Assembly (NCBI GenBank): GCA_037968615.1
Contig: JBBKVX010000017.1
Span: 9,266 to 73,265 of the forward strand
Direction: 5' to 3'
Length of the DNA: 64,000 nucleotides
DNA from: Rickettsiales bacterium
Lineage (GTDB): Bacteria; Pseudomonadota; Alphaproteobacteria; Rickettsiales; UBA3002
In this document: positions 60,858-64,000 of the stretch, piece by piece
How the letters are laid out: every line of letters starts with the position of its first letter
Numbering within the stretch: the first letter of the stretch is position 1
Translations under genes and position numbers: made by a program
The notes under the pieces: model-generated
Seen by the model: the letters and a program-made list of their open reading frames with translations, nothing else
Databases searched by the model: none
What the model was told of the DNA's origin: nothing

Positions 60858-60893
60858 AGGTTAATGTAGCCGCGCTCGAGGTAAAATGACAGG

Positions 60894-60939
60894 AAAAAAA
60901 AGGCGCTATCCGCAGGCGAGGCCTTTTGGATAGCGCCTT
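60894..60939 (-). terminator. Intrinsic terminator after virB2
   Basis: 12-bp stem AAGGCGCTATCC/GGATAGCGCCTT followed by a T run on the minus strand. Confidence 0.75.
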
Positions 60940-60952
60940 CGTTTTTAGGCGA

Positions 60953-61288
60953 TTACATGCAGCCGTCGCCACCCGCACCCAGTTCGGATACGATGGCAGG
61001 TGCACCGAAGATGACCGCTACGCCGATACCGACGATGATGGCCATACCCCACGATACTTTACCCATCAGGGCGCCAATACCGATCACGATGATCGCCAGC
61101 GTGGCAATACCTTGACCTACGGGGCCCGTGAACCAGCCTGCAACGTTACAGAGCAGATTGCCGATGGTGTCGCCACCGTCGCCGCCGCCGAAAGCAAGAG
61201 CGTCCTGCGGTACGAGGAACATGGCGTAGGCAAGCATCATGCACCATGCGATGCTCTTCAGCTTGTCCGCGTTAATAGATACATTCAT
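60953..61288 (-). CDS. virB2: VirB2/TrbC pilin
   Basis: Long signal peptide ending ALA; LCNVAGWFTGPVGQGIATLAIIVIG and second TM IFGAPAIV; conserved Cys. Confidence 0.9.
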   Translation of the reverse strand: MNVSINADKLKSIAWCMMLAYAMFLVPQDALAFGGGDGGDTIGNLLCNVAGWFTGPVGQGIATLAIIVIGIGALMGKVSWGMAIIVGIGVAVIFGAPAIVSELGAGGDGCM

Positions 61289-61365
61289 TAGTCACTCCAT
61301 CACTGTTAAGGTAACCCTTGGTTTTCCCTAGGTTACGGCTATGCTTTTGGCCGTTGTTAACCTTT

Positions 61366-61405
61366 ATCACAGTTTTGTTACAGTTTTGTTACAACTTTGT
61401 GACGA
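61366..61405 (-). promoter_or_regulatory. Four-unit 11-bp direct-repeat array in the virB2 promoter
   Basis: Minus strand TCGTCAC-AAAG-TTGTAAC-AAAA-CTGTAAC-AAAA-CTGTGAT, 22 bp upstream of CATAGC. Confidence 0.7.
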
Positions 61406-61519
61406 ACTGTATCTATCCGATAAATAAATTTGGCATGGATATGCATATTTACAACAAAGACGGGGGCGAGTAGGGTGCGAGCTCGAAACAATCAAGCATA
61501 TGTCATATAAGGAGATTTT

Positions 61520-61984
61520 ATGAGCGCCGTTGCACAGAAACTGACCGACATGGGCATCGAACTGCCCGTCGTGAGCCTGCCCGCCGCCAATTACCTACCC
61601 ACCCAATTTATTGGCAACAGCTTAATCGTCTCGGGCCAATTGCCGATGAAAGACGGCAAGCCGCAATTCGTCGGCAAGGTCGGCCGCGAGTTCACCATCG
61701 AGGAGGGTCAGGATTGCGCCCGCCTGTGTGGCGTGAACATTCTGGCGCATGTGAAAAACGCCGTGGGCGGCGATTGGAGCCGCGTAGTTAAGCTGGTGCG
61801 TATGGGCATTTTCGTCAACGCGCCCGACGATTTCACCGACCACCCGAAAGTCGCCAATGGCGTGTCGGACATGATGGTCGCCCTGTTCGGTGAGAACGGC
61901 AAACATGCCCGCGCCGCTGTGGGTGTCTCCGGTCTGCCGTTCGGCGTGGCGGTGGAAGTGGAAGCCATTTTCGAAATCAAATAG
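61520..61984 (+). CDS. RidA/YjgF-family protein
   Basis: ANY, VSGQLP, HPKVANGVSD and HARAAVGVSGLP motifs. Confidence 0.9.
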   Translation: MSAVAQKLTDMGIELPVVSLPAANYLPTQFIGNSLIVSGQLPMKDGKPQFVGKVGREFTIEEGQDCARLCGVNILAHVKNAVGGDWSRVVKLVRMGIFVNAPDDFTDHPKVANGVSDMMVALFGENGKHARAAVGVSGLPFGVAVEVEAIFEIK

Positions 61985-62680
61985 GTGACGGCGACGCCCA
62001 CCTTGGGCTTCAACCGCTACGACCTGCTCAAGCTCATCGCCCTCGTGGCGATGACGCTCGACCATGTCGGTTTCTATTATTTCCCCGACACGGACGGGCT
62101 GCGCATTCTTGGCCGCGTGGCTGCGCCGCTGTTCCTGTTTCTTGTCGGCTACAACCAAAGCTACCGATTCCGCTGGGAGTTGCTGGCGGCGGCGGTGGTG
62201 AGCAGCCTGGGCGACGGACTGCTGACCGGCATGTGGTGGCCGCAATCGATACTCTGGACGATCCTGCTGGGACGGATGGTGCTGCAACGGCTGGAAACGC
62301 ACCCGGTGGCGCCGGGCATGCTCATCGTATCCTGTGCGCTGCTGTTCGTGCCGCTGCTGCCCGTGCTGGATACCAGTGCCGTGGGGCTGTTATGGATGCT
62401 GTTCGGCCGCGCCACGGCACGCGCGCCACGCGGCTACGAAGCGGCGCTGTATGGCGGCGCGGCGCTGGTGGGGGGTGGCATGTTCACCGTCGCCTTCTTC
62501 GATTGGAACCCGGCGCAGCTTACAGCTCTGGGGTTACTCTATATATTGGCGGCGCTGGCGTTGTGGCATTTCCGGCCAAGCCCGATGCGCGAACTACGGC
62601 CTGCGCGGTTCTGGTCGCGCCACGCGTTGAGTTATTATGTGCTGCATAAATTGGTGCTGCAGGGCGCGCGCCTGGTTTAA
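61985..62680 (+). CDS. traX: TraX-family membrane protein (putative pilin acetylase)
   Basis: DLLKLIALVAMTLDH, ILGRVAAPLF and C-terminal YYVLH TraX/TrbP-type motifs. Confidence 0.7.
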   Translation: MTATPTLGFNRYDLLKLIALVAMTLDHVGFYYFPDTDGLRILGRVAAPLFLFLVGYNQSYRFRWELLAAAVVSSLGDGLLTGMWWPQSILWTILLGRMVLQRLETHPVAPGMLIVSCALLFVPLLPVLDTSAVGLLWMLFGRATARAPRGYEAALYGGAALVGGGMFTVAFFDWNPAQLTALGLLYILAALALWHFRPSPMRELRPARFWSRHALSYYVLHKLVLQGARLV

Positions 62681-64000
62681 TGCGCCGCCCCCGGCTCGGG
62701 TGCGGAATGGGGGTTGTTGCGCGGCAGAAGCAGCAACGCGATCACCGCCGCGACCAGCATTAAAATGCCCATGAACGTGAACGTATCGATGTAGGCGAGG
62801 ATGGTCGATTGCCGAATGAGCTGGCCGTAGATGACGGCGAGCGCCCCATGCTCGCTGCCCGCCAGTTTGCTGATTTCGCCGACGGCCTGAGTGTAGGCCG
62901 GATTGCCGGGATGCAGATGCTCGACCAACTGATGCTGGCGCGTTTGCGCGTGCCGCGCCATGTAGCTGAGCGCCACGGCGATGCCCACCGAACCGCCAAG
63001 GTTGCGGAACATGGCGAACAACGCCGAGGCCTTGCTGCTTTTCTCCTTCACCACGTTCTGGAACGCCAGCGTGCTGATGGGAATGAACAGCAGCGGCAGC
63101 GCGATCACCTGCCCTATGCGCATCCAAATGAACGTGATGAAATCGGTCTGCGGCGTGAGCCCGGCGGTGTGGAACATGCCGAACGCGCCGATCAGCAGCC
63201 CAAGCGTGACAAGGTAACGCGCCTGCACATGGTGCGACAGCATGCCCACCAGCGGCATCAGGAACAGCAGTGTGATGCCGCCGGGGGAAAGCACCATGCC
63301 TGCCAGCGTGGCGTCGTAGCCGTATTGGGTCTGCAGCAATTGTGGCAGAAGGGCGCTGCCGCCATAGAGTACGAAGCCGGTGAGGAAAATGAGCGCGCAG
63401 GAAATGCCGAAGCTGCGGTCGCCCATCAGGCGTATATCGACGATGGCGTCCTTCTGCCGCAGCAGCCAGAAGATGGCGCCCGTCAGGGCGCAGGCGGAAA
63501 GCACGCCGACCATGAGGATGAACTGGCTGTCCCACCAATCCTCCTGCTGGCCTTTATCGAGCATAATCTGCAATGCGCCGAGGCCGATGCCGATGAGGCT
63601 GAGGCCGAAATAATCGACGCGGCCCAGCTTTTGTTTGCGGGCGTGGGGCGGGTCTTCCACGAACCGCGCAACGAGTAAGAACGCGAGAATGCCGATGGGA
63701 ATGTTGATGTAGAAAATCCAGCGCCAGCTGAAATTATCGGTGATGAAGCCGCCCAGCGTGGGGCCGAGGATGGGCGCCACCATCATGGTGATGCCGGTGA
63801 TGGCGAACACCTGCCCGCGCTTGTTGACTGGGAACGAATCGAGGATGATGGCCTGCTGCGTGGGTTGCAGCCCGCCGCCTGCCATGCCTTGCAGCATACG
63901 GCACACGATGAGCATGCCCAGCGAGGTGGCCGCCCCGCACAGGAACGAGGTGAGGGTGAACCCCGCGATGCAGGCGAGGAAGTAGCGCTTGCGCCCCATC
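62677..64000 (-). CDS. DHA2 (EmrB/QacA) MFS efflux permease, 5'-truncated by window end
   Basis: GRKR, RMLQG, GPTLGGFITDNFSWRWIFYINIPIG and RNLGGSVG motifs. Confidence 0.92.
   Translation of the reverse strand, partial: MGRKRYFLACIAGFTLTSFLCGAATSLGMLIVCRMLQGMAGGGLQPTQQAIILDSFPVNKRGQVFAITGITMMVAPILGPTLGGFITDNFSWRWIFYINIPIGILAFLLVARFVEDPPHARKQKLGRVDYFGLSLIGIGLGALQIMLDKGQQEDWWDSQFILMVGVLSACALTGAIFWLLRQKDAIVDIRLMGDRSFGISCALIFLTGFVLYGGSALLPQLLQTQYGYDATLAGMVLSPGGITLLFLMPLVGMLSHHVQARYLVTLGLLIGAFGMFHTAGLTPQTDFITFIWMRIGQVIALPLLFIPISTLAFQNVVKEKSSKASALFAMFRNLGGSVGIAVALSYMARHAQTRQHQLVEHLHPGNPAYTQAVGEISKLAGSEHGALAVIYGQLIRQSTILAYIDTFTFMGILMLVAAVIALLLLPRNNPHSAPEPGAAH

Noticed and set aside
58464-60869. 801-aa ORF on the + strand
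   Set aside because: It is the antisense shadow of virB4 with no recognisable motifs; the same applies to 24622..26475 and 13233..14618.
51041-62680. Integrated conjugative element
   Set aside because: No relaxase, integrase or att repeats; composition resembles flanking core genes; gene content matches a chromosomal rvh-type system.

Overview
A GC-rich, gene-dense chromosomal segment of an alphaproteobacterium. It is most likely a metabolically competent, free-living-like relative of Rickettsiales; this is an inference from the two-piece permuted tmRNA next to sspB, an rvh-style VirB/D4 locus with a degenerate VirB4, RPE1-like palindromic repeats, and intact ilv/leu/pur/thi/met genes plus motAB. 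Most of the window is housekeeping: motB, metF, mlaA/mlaC, ettA, tadA, sspB, ssrA, thyX, mrp, hflKC-degP, serB, miaA, ilvB-ilvH-ilvC, a ferritin-like gene, leuA, mreBCD-mrdA-rodA, three Tad pseudopilins, ndk, purNM, hdaA, thiGS, aroQ, aat, ppx-ppk, sixA, virB2-B4-B6-B8-B9-B10-B11-D4, RidA, TraX and an EmrB-type MFS. Main leads: (1) the acetolactate synthase large subunit carries an N-terminal Cro-like HTH domain, and its own promoter has a palindromic operator and no attenuator leader, suggesting an autoregulatory 'trigger enzyme'; (2) several orphan genes inserted among housekeeping genes share an 11-bp-periodic GTCAY/TTCAY direct-repeat box with the T4SS pilin promoter, and several end in basic tails, suggesting a dispersed T4SS effector regulon; (3) the tmRNA tag has a doubled ANDN motif, and similar motifs occur inside two paralogous orphans; (4) a pseudo-receiver/pseudo-Hpt protein follows hdaA. 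No CRISPR array, tRNA, rRNA, transposase or integrase was seen. All family calls come from reading motifs by eye; no database searches were run.
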